From: Gaiellales bacterium
GTDB lineage: Bacteria; Actinomycetota; Thermoleophilia; Gaiellales; JAICJC01
Assembly: GCA_036273515.1 (NCBI GenBank)
Contig: DASUHM010000044.1
Coordinates: 384-64,383 of the forward strand
Direction: 5' to 3'
DNA: 64,000 nucleotides
Shown here one piece after another: positions 1 through 8,353 of this stretch. The notes below the pieces were generated by a model, which saw only the letters and a program-made list of their open reading frames with translations, was not told the DNA's origin and did no database searches. Made by a program: the position numbers and the translations under genes. Position 1 is the stretch's first letter. Every line of letters starts with the position of its first letter.

Positions 1-27
1 GGAAGCAGTGATCGGACGAAAACCGCG

Positions 28-1176
28 TCAGGACGACCACAGACGGTCGGCGATTCGCCCAACGAGCGCGAGCTTCCGCCACTGAGCGTCAGCGTCCGTG
101 TCGTTCCCCACCATGACAGACGCGAACCCGCACTGGGGCGAGATCGCGAGCCGGTTCATGCCTCCGACGATCGCCGCGGCCTGATCCATCTGCCGCATGA
201 GATCGTCCTCGTACTCCAGGTCGGGCACCTTGGAGTTGATCAGGCCCATCACCATCACCGACCCTTCGCGGAGAAAGCGGATGGGTTCGAACCCGCCGTC
301 GCGTCCGAGATCGTCCCATTCCACGAGGAACGAGTCGTACGGCAGACCTCCGAACACCGCCTCGGCCACCGGCTCGAGCGACCCCTCGCACATCCACGAG
401 GAGCGGTAATTGCCGCGACAGATGTGCAGGGCCGTGGTGACGTGGGCTGGCAGGCCGTCCAGGACCGCGGTGTCCGCGGCCAGCGCCGCCTCGAGCAGGT
501 CGGCCGGCTCGTGTCCTTGCTGGCGGAATCTGGCCGCCCAGACCGGATCGGCCAGGTACGGGTACAGCGGGAAGTCGAACTGGATGTAGTCCGCGCCGGC
601 GGCCACCGCGTCGGCGACGAGCAGACGCTCGATCTCGATCGCGTGCGCGACGAAGCCGGTCAGGTCGGCGTAGGCCTTGTCGGTCAGCCCGCGCTTGAAC
701 GTGAACGGGTGACCGAAGATGGAGGCAGCCGGGAAGGTGACCTTGAACGGATGATCGGTGGTCGACGCCATGAACGTCGCCTCGCGAGCCGCCGGGCTAT
801 CGACCGGACGCAACCGATCAACGATCTCGTGGACGGCGAGCTCAAACTCGCGGCCATCATCGTTCCGGAAGGTCACGACGTTGTCGGTGCGGAATCCCTC
901 CACGGCGTCGTAGAACGAGTTGAGGAACATCCATCGACGGAACTCGCCGTCAGTCACGACGTCGAGCCCACACGCGATTTGACGCTCGACGACCTCACGA
1001 ATGGCCCGGTTCTCGAGCTCGGTCAGCAAGGTGCGATCACGCCCGCGCTCCTCGTCCAGCACCGCGGAGTGCCCCGGCGCATAGAACGCGTCGACGGCGC
1101 GCCGCAACGCGGCCGGCCGCAACAGGCTGCCCACGACTTCGGCCCGAGCGGGGCGCCGGGGCGGCCGTCCCTCCAT
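28..1176 (-). CDS. MetE C-terminal-domain-like (cobalamin-independent methionine synthase family) protein
   Basis: 382-aa ORF with GC-rich third codon positions. The 'LHICRGNY' and 'ISPQCGFAS' motifs match the Zn-binding His/Cys motifs of the MetE_C/UROD-like fold. Its length fits the single-domain 'methionine synthase II' type. Confidence 0.8.
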   Translation of the reverse strand: MEGRPPRRPARAEVVGSLLRPAALRRAVDAFYAPGHSAVLDEERGRDRTLLTELENRAIREVVERQIACGLDVVTDGEFRRWMFLNSFYDAVEGFRTDNVVTFRNDDGREFELAVHEIVDRLRPVDSPAAREATFMASTTDHPFKVTFPAASIFGHPFTFKRGLTDKAYADLTGFVAHAIEIERLLVADAVAAGADYIQFDFPLYPYLADPVWAARFRQQGHEPADLLEAALAADTAVLDGLPAHVTTALHICRGNYRSSWMCEGSLEPVAEAVFGGLPYDSFLVEWDDLGRDGGFEPIRFLREGSVMVMGLINSKVPDLEYEDDLMRQMDQAAAIVGGMNRLAISPQCGFASVMVGNDTDADAQWRKLALVGRIADRLWSS

Positions 1177-1318
1177 CCGCCGAGCCTACCGCAACGGCAG
1201 GCCCAGGGCGGACGTGTGCGCGGACGAAACCAGCTCGCGCAGGCAGAGGCCGCCACGTTCGAATCGTGCCGGGCGCATGGCTCGACCAAGCCATTCTCGA
1301 AGCCTCCGAACCCTCCCT

Positions 1319-1362
1319 TGTACCGCCATCCTGGTACACTTCTGTACCACTATCCCGGTACA
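1319..1362. repeat. 44-bp four-hexamer palindromic array, copy B (TGTACC-N8-GGTACA-N4-TGTACC-N8-GGTACA)
   Basis: Read directly: TGTACC GCCATCCT GGTACA CTTC TGTACC ACTATCCC GGTACA. It ends 2 nt before the ATPase stop codon (1365-1367) and lies 142 nt upstream of the MetE-like start (1176). Confidence 0.9.
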
Positions 1363-1364
1363 GC

Positions 1365-2561
1365 CTAGTCTTCGATTGCCGGCAGCTGACGCTCGGCGAA
1401 CGGCGAGGATCGCCGCAGCCACTCGCGGAACAACGGATCGACGATGAACCACTCGCCCTCCCGTTTGTCGACGAGGCCGCGGCCGACTAGCCGATCCAGG
1501 GAGGGGGCGACTCTGGAGTGGCTCGAGAATCCGTACAACTGGTAGTTGCCACGGCCGGACACGTGCCGCCCGCCGCGATCAGCAACGAGGTGCAGCGCTC
1601 GCAACTCGTTGACCTCGCCGTCGTCGCCGTTGGCGAGCAGGTTCAGCACCGAGGAGAACTCTGACCGCTCGATCGACTGGACGAGCTTATTGTGGGCATC
1701 AATCGCCGTATCCAGCGTGATTCGATGTCCCGCGGCGGTGTTCACCCAACACTCCCACGCGATCTGCTGTGTGCTGCGGGGATGGGCACCCGTCGCGTTC
1801 AAGATGTACTCCAGTGCGTCCTCCTCCGCCGGCTTGCCGGTCGCCTGAAACTGGTAGTCCAGGTATTCCAGAAACTCCGTGCGGCCAATGGCGGGGAGGT
1901 GCATCTCGGCTGCTTCACCGAAGATGGGCTGGTCGGAGTTCTCGAACATCATCTTCAAGGCGTTGCGGATCGAGCCGGTGAACAGCAGCGACACGTGATT
2001 CGCTCCAGAGCTCATCAAGGACGACCTGATCAGCGCCAACGGCTCACCGGGGCAGTGCCGGAGCCGCTGGAACTCATCGAACACGACGACGAGATGAGGA
2101 GACAGCGCTCGCAGAGCCATGAGCTGCGCGTGCAGCATCTCGGCATCCTGATCACGTGCCCCACCGGCTTTCTTGACCGACCCCTTGATCACCTTGATGT
2201 CGAATCCGATCTCCTTCTCCATGGCCTCAATCTGCCGCTGCGCTGCGCGGCGCAACGCCTTCTGCGGATGGCCGACCATCGCGTCGTGCACGCAGCCAAT
2301 GAATGCCGGGATGCTCAGAACCCGCTGAAGGTTGACCTTGACGACGTCGAAGGGTGGTGCGTCTGGCCCGTGACGCTTGCCCAGTTCGAGGCCGAGCTGG
2401 TTGGTGAACGTCGTCTTGCCGGTGTCTCGCGGGCCGAATAACGCCACATTTGTTTGGCCCTTGAGCGTCAGGGCGACCTGGTTCGCGAACCCCTCCATGC
2501 CGATGATCTTGGTCGGATCATCGATAGGCCGATCCCAGATGAAAGGGTTCAGCGCGGTCAT
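1365..2561 (-). CDS. AAA+ ATPase of the 'archaeal ATPase' type with a DUF234-like winged-helix C-terminus
   Basis: Walker A 'GPRDTGKTT', Walker B 'LVVVFDEFQRL', sensor-like 'LLFTGS'. The C-terminal 'LVGRGLVDKREGEWFIVDPLFREWL' is typical of the DUF234 tail of this family. Start chosen at ATG 2561 ('MTALNPFIWDRPIDDP'). The track's GTG at 2627 and the ATG at 2606 both lie inside the repeat array. No clear Shine-Dalgarno sequence was seen. Confidence 0.8.
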   Translation of the reverse strand: MTALNPFIWDRPIDDPTKIIGMEGFANQVALTLKGQTNVALFGPRDTGKTTFTNQLGLELGKRHGPDAPPFDVVKVNLQRVLSIPAFIGCVHDAMVGHPQKALRRAAQRQIEAMEKEIGFDIKVIKGSVKKAGGARDQDAEMLHAQLMALRALSPHLVVVFDEFQRLRHCPGEPLALIRSSLMSSGANHVSLLFTGSIRNALKMMFENSDQPIFGEAAEMHLPAIGRTEFLEYLDYQFQATGKPAEEDALEYILNATGAHPRSTQQIAWECWVNTAAGHRITLDTAIDAHNKLVQSIERSEFSSVLNLLANGDDGEVNELRALHLVADRGGRHVSGRGNYQLYGFSSHSRVAPSLDRLVGRGLVDKREGEWFIVDPLFREWLRRSSPFAERQLPAIED

Positions 2562-2582
2562 GCGCACAATGGTATCGCGGAT

Positions 2583-2626
2583 TGTACCAGCAAGGTGGTA
2601 CATTTTTGTACCGGGATCTCGGTACA
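2583..2626. repeat. 44-bp four-hexamer palindromic array, copy A (TGTACC-N8-GGTACA-N4-TGTACC-N8-GGTACA)
   Basis: Read directly: TGTACC AGCAAGGT GGTACA TTTT TGTACC GGGATCTC GGTACA. It lies 21 nt upstream of the ATPase ATG at 2561, so it overlaps the expected promoter. Confidence 0.9.
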
Positions 2627-2789
2627 CTTGGATTCATCGGTCATCATGGAGAACGCCAGGCCGCCCGGGTGGGATTGGCCCAGAGGAGAGGCAAAATCTG
2701 GTCGGGGGCATGGTTTTCGGGCGTGAGAACCAGTAGAGTTGATCTGGCTCTCGGATCTTTAGGGCGCAGGTCGAAAGGTGGGATCGATT

Positions 2790-3740
2790 ATGCGTTTTCT
2801 GCTCGCGGCCGCCGTGCTCTGCGCGTGGGTAACGGCTGCTCCAGCCGGCTCGCTGTCCGCTGCGGCCGGCGTATCAGGCGCGACCGCCGCTGCCGCGTCC
2901 GATCCGGTGGTCGCCACCGCCGGCGATATCGCCTGCGACCCCGCGAGCTCCAAGTTCAACGGCGGTCAGGGGACGAGCAGCGCCTGTCGCGAGCTCGCGA
3001 CGTCCAACCTGATCGGCGCCGATGCGAGCATTGGCGCCGTGCTCCCGCTGGGCGACAACCAGTACGCGTGCGGCGGCTATCAGGCCTACCTCAGGTCATA
3101 CGCTCCGTCGTGGGGCCGCTTCCTTGCGATGACCCACCCGGTCGCCGGAAATCACGAGTACCAGACCAGCGGCGGCACTGACTGCTCGTCGGGGGCGGCG
3201 GGCTACTTCAGGTACTTCGGCGCCGCGGCCGGCGACTCGCGCGGCGACTATGCGTGGAACCTCGGCACATGGCACCTGATCGCGCTGAACGGCAACTGCG
3301 GCAAGGTCGGCGGCTGCGGCTCCGGTTCACCCCAGGGGAATTTCCTGAAGCAGAACCTCGGCTCCGCCACGTGCACCCTGGCCTACTGGCACCAGCCCTA
3401 CTACAACGGCACCAGCACGCCCGTCAGCAGCTACAAGTACTTCTGGCAGACCCTCTACAACGCCGGGGCGGACATCGTCCTGGCCGGACACCTGCACACC
3501 TACGGGCGGTTCGCGCCGCAGGACGCCGCCGGCCACGTGGACTCGAGCCGGGGAATCCGGCAGTTCATCGTCGGCACCGGCGGCGAGGACCTGTTCTCGC
3601 TCAACGGCAGCCACAACGTCGAGAAGACGACCAAGGCGTTCGGCATCCTCAAGCTCACGCTGCACGCCACCGGCTACGACTGGCGATTCGTGAACGCGAG
3701 CGGAGGCACCGTCGACTCCGGATCGGCGCCGTGCCACTGA
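2790..3740 (+). CDS. secreted calcineurin-like metallophosphoesterase
   Basis: Signal peptide 'MRFLLAAAVLCAWVTAAPAGS'. Metallophosphoesterase motifs 'GDIACD', 'GDNQY', 'GNHEY', 'GHLHTY'. AAAGGTGG lies 8 nt upstream of ATG 2790; the track start at GTG 2778 is less likely. Confidence 0.8.
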   Translation: MRFLLAAAVLCAWVTAAPAGSLSAAAGVSGATAAAASDPVVATAGDIACDPASSKFNGGQGTSSACRELATSNLIGADASIGAVLPLGDNQYACGGYQAYLRSYAPSWGRFLAMTHPVAGNHEYQTSGGTDCSSGAAGYFRYFGAAAGDSRGDYAWNLGTWHLIALNGNCGKVGGCGSGSPQGNFLKQNLGSATCTLAYWHQPYYNGTSTPVSSYKYFWQTLYNAGADIVLAGHLHTYGRFAPQDAAGHVDSSRGIRQFIVGTGGEDLFSLNGSHNVEKTTKAFGILKLTLHATGYDWRFVNASGGTVDSGSAPCH

Positions 3741-3804
3741 TCGCCCCGCCCGAACGGCTACTTGCGAAGGGCCTGATCGGGCGTAGGCACACGCCGCGGC
3801 GCGG

Positions 3805-4776
3805 TCACGCAGCCGCGAGCGCCTGCAGAGCGGGCAGCGAGTCTCCGCGCACCACACTGCGGGACCACCGCTCCCCGCCGTCGCTGCTCTCCCACAGCTG
3901 ACCGTCACGGAGCCCGGCGATCACCCTTCCGGAAAGTGCGACCAACGCGTAGGGCATCGCCGTCAGGGGCTCGGGTAGGCCTCCGCCCACCCGCTGCCAC
4001 CCACCATCCCGCCGGCGATAGACCGCCGCCTCGGGATCTCCGGCCCCGTGCGCCGCGAACGGCCCCGTGCTGGCCGACACGAACCAGCGCTCGGGAAGGT
4101 CCGGATCGACGGCGACCGCCCATGCATAGTGCCTGTCCATGCCGTCGTCGGCGGCCCTCCAGCTCTCGCCCGCGTCCTCGCTATATGCCACACCACCGCC
4201 GCCGGCCTCGAACGCCCGGTCCCGGACTCGTGGGTGCCATGCCAGCGCATGCACGTCGCGCTGGGCACCGGGCCGGTGATCCTGCCAGCTCCGGCCGCGA
4301 TCGGTGGACCGCATCAGACCACCCAGCTCGATGCCGACGAGCAGCAGGTCGGCGTCGTGCGGGCTTGGCGCGATCCAGCGGACGTGCGAGGTCCACGGGC
4401 GCGGCGGGAAACGCCAGCTCGGCCGTGAAGGCAGGTCGAGCAGCGCATCCAGCGCATCCCATGTGGCACCGCCGTCGTCGCGACGGAACACCCTGCTCGG
4501 CTCGGTTCCGGCGTACACGGCTCCGTCCGCCGCACTGACGGCGAGCGAGAAGACGCCCGGCTCCGGAACGTCGCAGTCCTCCCAGACGCTTCCCCCGTCC
4601 CGCGTTCCTTGGACACCACCATCCCGCATGCCCGCATAGGCGACGTCGGCGTCAGCAGGGTTCGCGGCCACGCACTGAGCGCCCGCCGCGGCGAGCACCC
4701 GCGTCGCAATCCACTCGGTGCCGACGCCGTCGATCCTGACCACTCCATCGCCTGTCGCTGCCCAGAGCCGGGGCAT
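3805..4776 (-). CDS. BNR/Asp-box repeat beta-propeller protein (sialidase/Ycf48-like fold)
   Basis: At least five SxDxGxxW-type Asp-boxes: 'TRDGGSVWED', 'RDDGGATWDA', 'STDRGRSWQD', 'SEDAGESWRA', 'SSDGGERWS'. The start is ambiguous between 4776 and 4794. Confidence 0.7.
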   Translation of the reverse strand: MPRLWAATGDGVVRIDGVGTEWIATRVLAAAGAQCVAANPADADVAYAGMRDGGVQGTRDGGSVWEDCDVPEPGVFSLAVSAADGAVYAGTEPSRVFRRDDGGATWDALDALLDLPSRPSWRFPPRPWTSHVRWIAPSPHDADLLLVGIELGGLMRSTDRGRSWQDHRPGAQRDVHALAWHPRVRDRAFEAGGGGVAYSEDAGESWRAADDGMDRHYAWAVAVDPDLPERWFVSASTGPFAAHGAGDPEAAVYRRRDGGWQRVGGGLPEPLTAMPYALVALSGRVIAGLRDGQLWESSDGGERWSRSVVRGDSLPALQALAAA

Positions 4777-4934
4777 GGTCCGCAGTCTACGCACGGCGGC
4801 TCGAGCCGCGGACGCTCAGGCGTCGTGCCGGTGTTCGGCGGGCACGCCGAGCACGTCCCCCGCAGTCGTACTGCACCAGCACTGCCGCCTCGTCACCCTC
4901 GAGGCCAAGCAGGGCCTCGCGACCGCCCATCAGT

Positions 4935-6404
4935 TCATGAGGTAGCGGCCGGGGCACCGCCGGCACGGGCGAGGCCGAGCTGCGCAAGGCTCGCGAGGTC
5001 GTCGGGCTCGATCGGCGCGCGTGGTGAAGTGGTCATCTGTTCGAGGAGCAGCTCGGCGGCGTTCGGCAGCGCTCCAGGGCCATCGAGGCGGTAGCGGGGC
5101 GGCAGCATTGGGCCAAAGACGAGCGCGTCGAACAGATCGGGGCGGGCGCCGAGATCGGGGGCGACGGCGGACGCCTCGGAGAACGCGAGCGCGAGCGCAT
5201 CGTGTGAGTCGAGCGGCGGCGGCGCGGTGGCGATGCTCTCGCGCATCTCGATCTCGTCGGGCGGAGCGACGGCGCCGCTCCAGAGGTTCACGATCCAACG
5301 GGCCTGGAGTTCCAGCAGCGGGAAGTACGGGCCCGACGTGGCGTACTGGCCGATGACGCCGAGCCCCGGCAGATCCGGGTGCATGGTGCGCAGGTGCAGC
5401 CGCATGTCGGCCCCTGTGCGGACCCGAACCCGGTCATCGAGATAGGGGATGTCGAGCTCGTATCCGGTCGCGCAGACGATCACGTCGACCGCGGCGCGCG
5501 AGCCGTCGGTGAACGTCACGGTACGGCCTGAGACCGAGGCGATCTCCGGGCGGCAGACGATGCTGCCGTTCCGCACCTGACGGAGGTAGTCCTGGCAGAG
5601 GGAGTGGCCGGCGCGCAGGATGTCGTCATCGGGGGCCGGTGCTCCATGGTCGACGGGGTTCCCCGCAACGCGGACCACCCGGTCGCGAAGCGCGCGCCCG
5701 AACTCCTCGCGGGGCAGCAGCCGCCGCCGCAGCGCGCCGACGTGCGTGTACCACTGCCAGTCCGACGACACACCGCCGGACACCTTCTGCAGGACGTAGC
5801 GCGGTTTGCGGTACGCCGAGATGACCGTGTTGACCTCAGCGATGTCCGAGGCGATCTCGTGTCCGCTCACCCCGTTTCCGTAGACCAGCGGGCGCCCGTC
5901 ACGAAACCGCGCGGCGCCGGGGTAGTCGTAGGCGTGCAGCACCTCGCCCGTGAACCCGGCCATGCGGCCCGGTAGCCGCGGCGCGTGGAAGCGCCCCGAC
6001 GCGACGACGACCGCGTCGAACCGCTCGCCGTCGACGATCCAGCCCGGGCGGACGGCCCGGATGCGGCGGCCGAATTCGATATGCGGTGTCACATCGAACG
6101 CGTCGGCGTAGGACCTCAGGTACGCGTGGATCTGCTCCGCGAACGGGTGCAGCTCGTGGTCAGGCGGCACCGGGAAGTCCGAAAAGGCCGTCATCCACCT
6201 GCTCGTGTTCGTCCGCATCCCCGGCCACACGCCGCTCCGAGGCGAGGTCGTGTGCCATTGACCGCCGAGGTCGTCCTGTGCCTCGAAGACTCTCACCTCG
6301 AACCCGGACTCGAGGGCGTGCTTCGCGGCCACCAGACCCGCCGGCCCGGCGCCGACGACGGCGATGCGCGCGCCGTCCCGCAGACGCAGGCTCAACCGAG
6401 ACAT
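4935..6404 (-). CDS. flavin-containing monooxygenase-like FAD/NAD(P)-dependent oxidoreductase
   Basis: N-terminal Rossmann motif 'VAVVGAGPAGLVAAKHALESG' followed by 'DDLGGQW' (FMO-type). A second dinucleotide motif 'YGNGVSGHEIA' is present. 489 aa. Confidence 0.8.
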   Translation of the reverse strand: MSRLSLRLRDGARIAVVGAGPAGLVAAKHALESGFEVRVFEAQDDLGGQWHTTSPRSGVWPGMRTNTSRWMTAFSDFPVPPDHELHPFAEQIHAYLRSYADAFDVTPHIEFGRRIRAVRPGWIVDGERFDAVVVASGRFHAPRLPGRMAGFTGEVLHAYDYPGAARFRDGRPLVYGNGVSGHEIASDIAEVNTVISAYRKPRYVLQKVSGGVSSDWQWYTHVGALRRRLLPREEFGRALRDRVVRVAGNPVDHGAPAPDDDILRAGHSLCQDYLRQVRNGSIVCRPEIASVSGRTVTFTDGSRAAVDVIVCATGYELDIPYLDDRVRVRTGADMRLHLRTMHPDLPGLGVIGQYATSGPYFPLLELQARWIVNLWSGAVAPPDEIEMRESIATAPPPLDSHDALALAFSEASAVAPDLGARPDLFDALVFGPMLPPRYRLDGPGALPNAAELLLEQMTTSPRAPIEPDDLASLAQLGLARAGGAPAATS

Positions 6405-6435
6405 TCTCTGCCCACTCTATGCCGTATCCGCTTGC

Positions 6436-6900
6436 TCACCGGACCGCGACCACCTCGCAACCCCGGCGGGCGAATCCGGCGCCATGATCAGGGTCATGAA
6501 CGACCACATGGCATGGACATACCTCGTGCCGGCACGGCGGCCGGATCAGCCGCGGAGCCGGCGGGAGAGTGAGCGAGAACTGTTCCTCCGGCTCGCCCGT
6601 GAGCAGCGGCGAAAAAATCGCCGGACCTGGCGCGACCGCGTGCGCCTGGAAGAGGGGCGGCAGCGGAGCCGCTGAGATCGCGGCGTACGGAACGTGGTCA
6701 GCCTCCGGATGACCGGTGTTGATCGCCCGCGCTGAACGCCCCTTCGAGCCAGTCGGCATCGCCCAGGCGGGCAGCGAGCTGGACCAGGCGATCAACGAAT
6801 GCGATCCTTGACGAGGGGGAGGCGCTCGACGGCTCCACGGTGTTGAGGGCGGCGAACATCCAGGTGCCGCCGGCCGCCGAAGACCTCGACCCAGTGGTCC
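6436..6900 (-). pseudogene. glutathione S-transferase C-terminal-domain remnant (frameshifted, N-terminal domain missing)
   Basis: My own minus-strand translation gives 'TWMFAALNTVEPS...FVDRLVQLAARLGDADWLEGAFSAGD' in one frame, which is GST_C-like. A stop follows, and weaker similarity continues in the frame of ORF 6436..6927 ('PLFQAHA'). No thioredoxin-like N-domain is present, because the hydrolase gene abuts at 6906. Confidence 0.4.
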
Positions 6901-6905
6901 CGGTG

Positions 6906-7685
6906 CTACGCCGTCTCGCCGAGCCACTCGCGCAGCAGCGCGACGAGCTCGTCGAACGCGTCCCAGTAGACCATGTGGCCGGCCTCGAGACCGTGCACCG
7001 TCAGCCGGTCGCCGAGGTCGCGCCTGAGCGATTCGACCAGACCCTCACCCACCATGCCGTCATGGAGCGCCGGGACGAGCAGGAGCTCGCCCGCGAAGCC
7101 GGCCAGGGAGACCGGCGGCTCTGCCATCTCGCTCCAGGCCGCCACCACCGTCGACCGGCAGAACCGCAGCCGCCAGCGGCCGTCCTGGCCCTGCTCCAGC
7201 CCCTCCTCGAGATCGGCGTCCACGAACGGCAGCGCCTGGGCGGGGCGTCCCTCGCGCCGCGCGCGCACCGCCTCGTCACGCGTCGCCCAGCCCTCGTCGG
7301 CGCGCGTCTCCTCTCCCGCCTCGAACATCTCGTGCCCGTCCTGGTCGATCGCCGGGTCGAGCAGCACCACCCGCCGCACGCGCTCGGGCGCCGCCGCGGC
7401 GAGATGTGTGGCCAGCACCCCGCCGAAGCTGTGGCCGACGACATCGACCCGCTCGACGCCCTCTGCGTCCAGCGTCTCCAACAGGTCGGCCACATGCCGC
7501 CGGGCCGTCCAGGGCGCGTCCCAGGTCGACCGGCCGTGCCCGCGGAGATCCACTGCCAGCCAGCGGCGGTGCGGCAGGCCCCGTTCCGCCAGCGGGCGAT
7601 ACCGGCCCCCGTGACCGGTGACACCGTGCACCGCGAGCAGCGGTTCGCCGTCGAGCGAGCCGAACCGATGCAGGTTCAGGACCAC
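6906..7685 (-). CDS. alpha/beta-fold hydrolase
   Basis: 'HGVTGHG' oxyanion region and nucleophile elbow 'GHSFGG'. 259 aa, GTG start. Confidence 0.8.
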   Translation of the reverse strand: MVLNLHRFGSLDGEPLLAVHGVTGHGGRYRPLAERGLPHRRWLAVDLRGHGRSTWDAPWTARRHVADLLETLDAEGVERVDVVGHSFGGVLATHLAAAAPERVRRVVLLDPAIDQDGHEMFEAGEETRADEGWATRDEAVRARREGRPAQALPFVDADLEEGLEQGQDGRWRLRFCRSTVVAAWSEMAEPPVSLAGFAGELLLVPALHDGMVGEGLVESLRRDLGDRLTVHGLEAGHMVYWDAFDELVALLREWLGETA

Positions 7686-7708
7686 GATGGCAGCACCCTA
7701 CTCCGCCG

Positions 7709-8353
7709 TCAGTACACGAACGCGGCCAGGACGCCGGCGAGCGCGGCAGCGATCACGAGGAGCACGCCTGCGCCGAGCACGCCCTTCGCGGGACGCCGTT
7801 CGCGGATCGCGCCGGCGAGCGTGAACACCGCCCCGGCGGTGGCCGCGAGCAGGAGGCCTCGCGATGCGGTCTGCGCCTTGCGGCCATACCGATCCGCCTC
7901 GTCCATGAGCGCGTTCTGGCGGGCGACCATCGTGTCGGTGCGGACCTTGAGCGCAGCCTGCTCTGCCCCGAGCGCCTGGGCTCCCGGAGGTCCCGGCGCA
8001 GTGCCGGTCATCGTCTGCCAGAGGCGGCCGAGCCGCTTCGCTGCGTGCTCGTCCGCGACGGACAGGGCAGCCAACCCGGACGACGACCCGCCCGCGGTGA
8101 GGAGATCCATGCCTGATGCGTTCGTCATGAGCTGGGTCTGCTGGCGCAGGAGCATGCTCTTCATGTCGAGCCGGCCGCCCGCGGCCGTGGTATCGCGAAA
8201 GATCGCGACCGCGAGGCGTGTGCCTTCCGCCGCCGCGCGGTCCGAGTGCCGGTTCGCGTTCAGCTGGACGAAGCCCAGCAGTGCCGCAAGGACGGCGACC
8301 ACGCCGCCGAGCACGGCCAGCGGCCCGCGCAGGGACGACGCTTCCTCCGTCAC
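7709..8353 (-). CDS. membrane protein of unknown function (N-terminal TM, helical ectodomain, C-terminal TM hairpin)
   Basis: TM segments 'LAVLGGVVAVLAALLGFV', 'LLLAATAGAVFTLAGAI' and 'VLGAGVLLVIAAALAGVLAAFV'. The GTG start overlaps the upstream stop (GTGA at 8350-8353). Confidence 0.6.
   Translation of the reverse strand: MTEEASSLRGPLAVLGGVVAVLAALLGFVQLNANRHSDRAAAEGTRLAVAIFRDTTAAGGRLDMKSMLLRQQTQLMTNASGMDLLTAGGSSSGLAALSVADEHAAKRLGRLWQTMTGTAPGPPGAQALGAEQAALKVRTDTMVARQNALMDEADRYGRKAQTASRGLLLAATAGAVFTLAGAIRERRPAKGVLGAGVLLVIAAALAGVLAAFVY

Noticed and set aside
1177-1318. Possible cobalamin or SAM riboswitch in the leader of the MetE-like gene
   Set aside because: I looked for a B12-box-like core and for SAM-riboswitch-like conserved stretches on the minus strand. 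I found none, only a short 6-bp hairpin. A covariance-model scan would be needed to exclude a riboswitch formally.
1319-2626. Insertion sequence or transposon interpretation of the repeat-bracketed unit
   Set aside because: There is no transposase, recombinase or nuclease gene inside, and no target-site duplication at the outer edges (…CCCTCCCT | and | CTTGGATT…). It is kept as a non-autonomous cassette hypothesis only, within the main finding.
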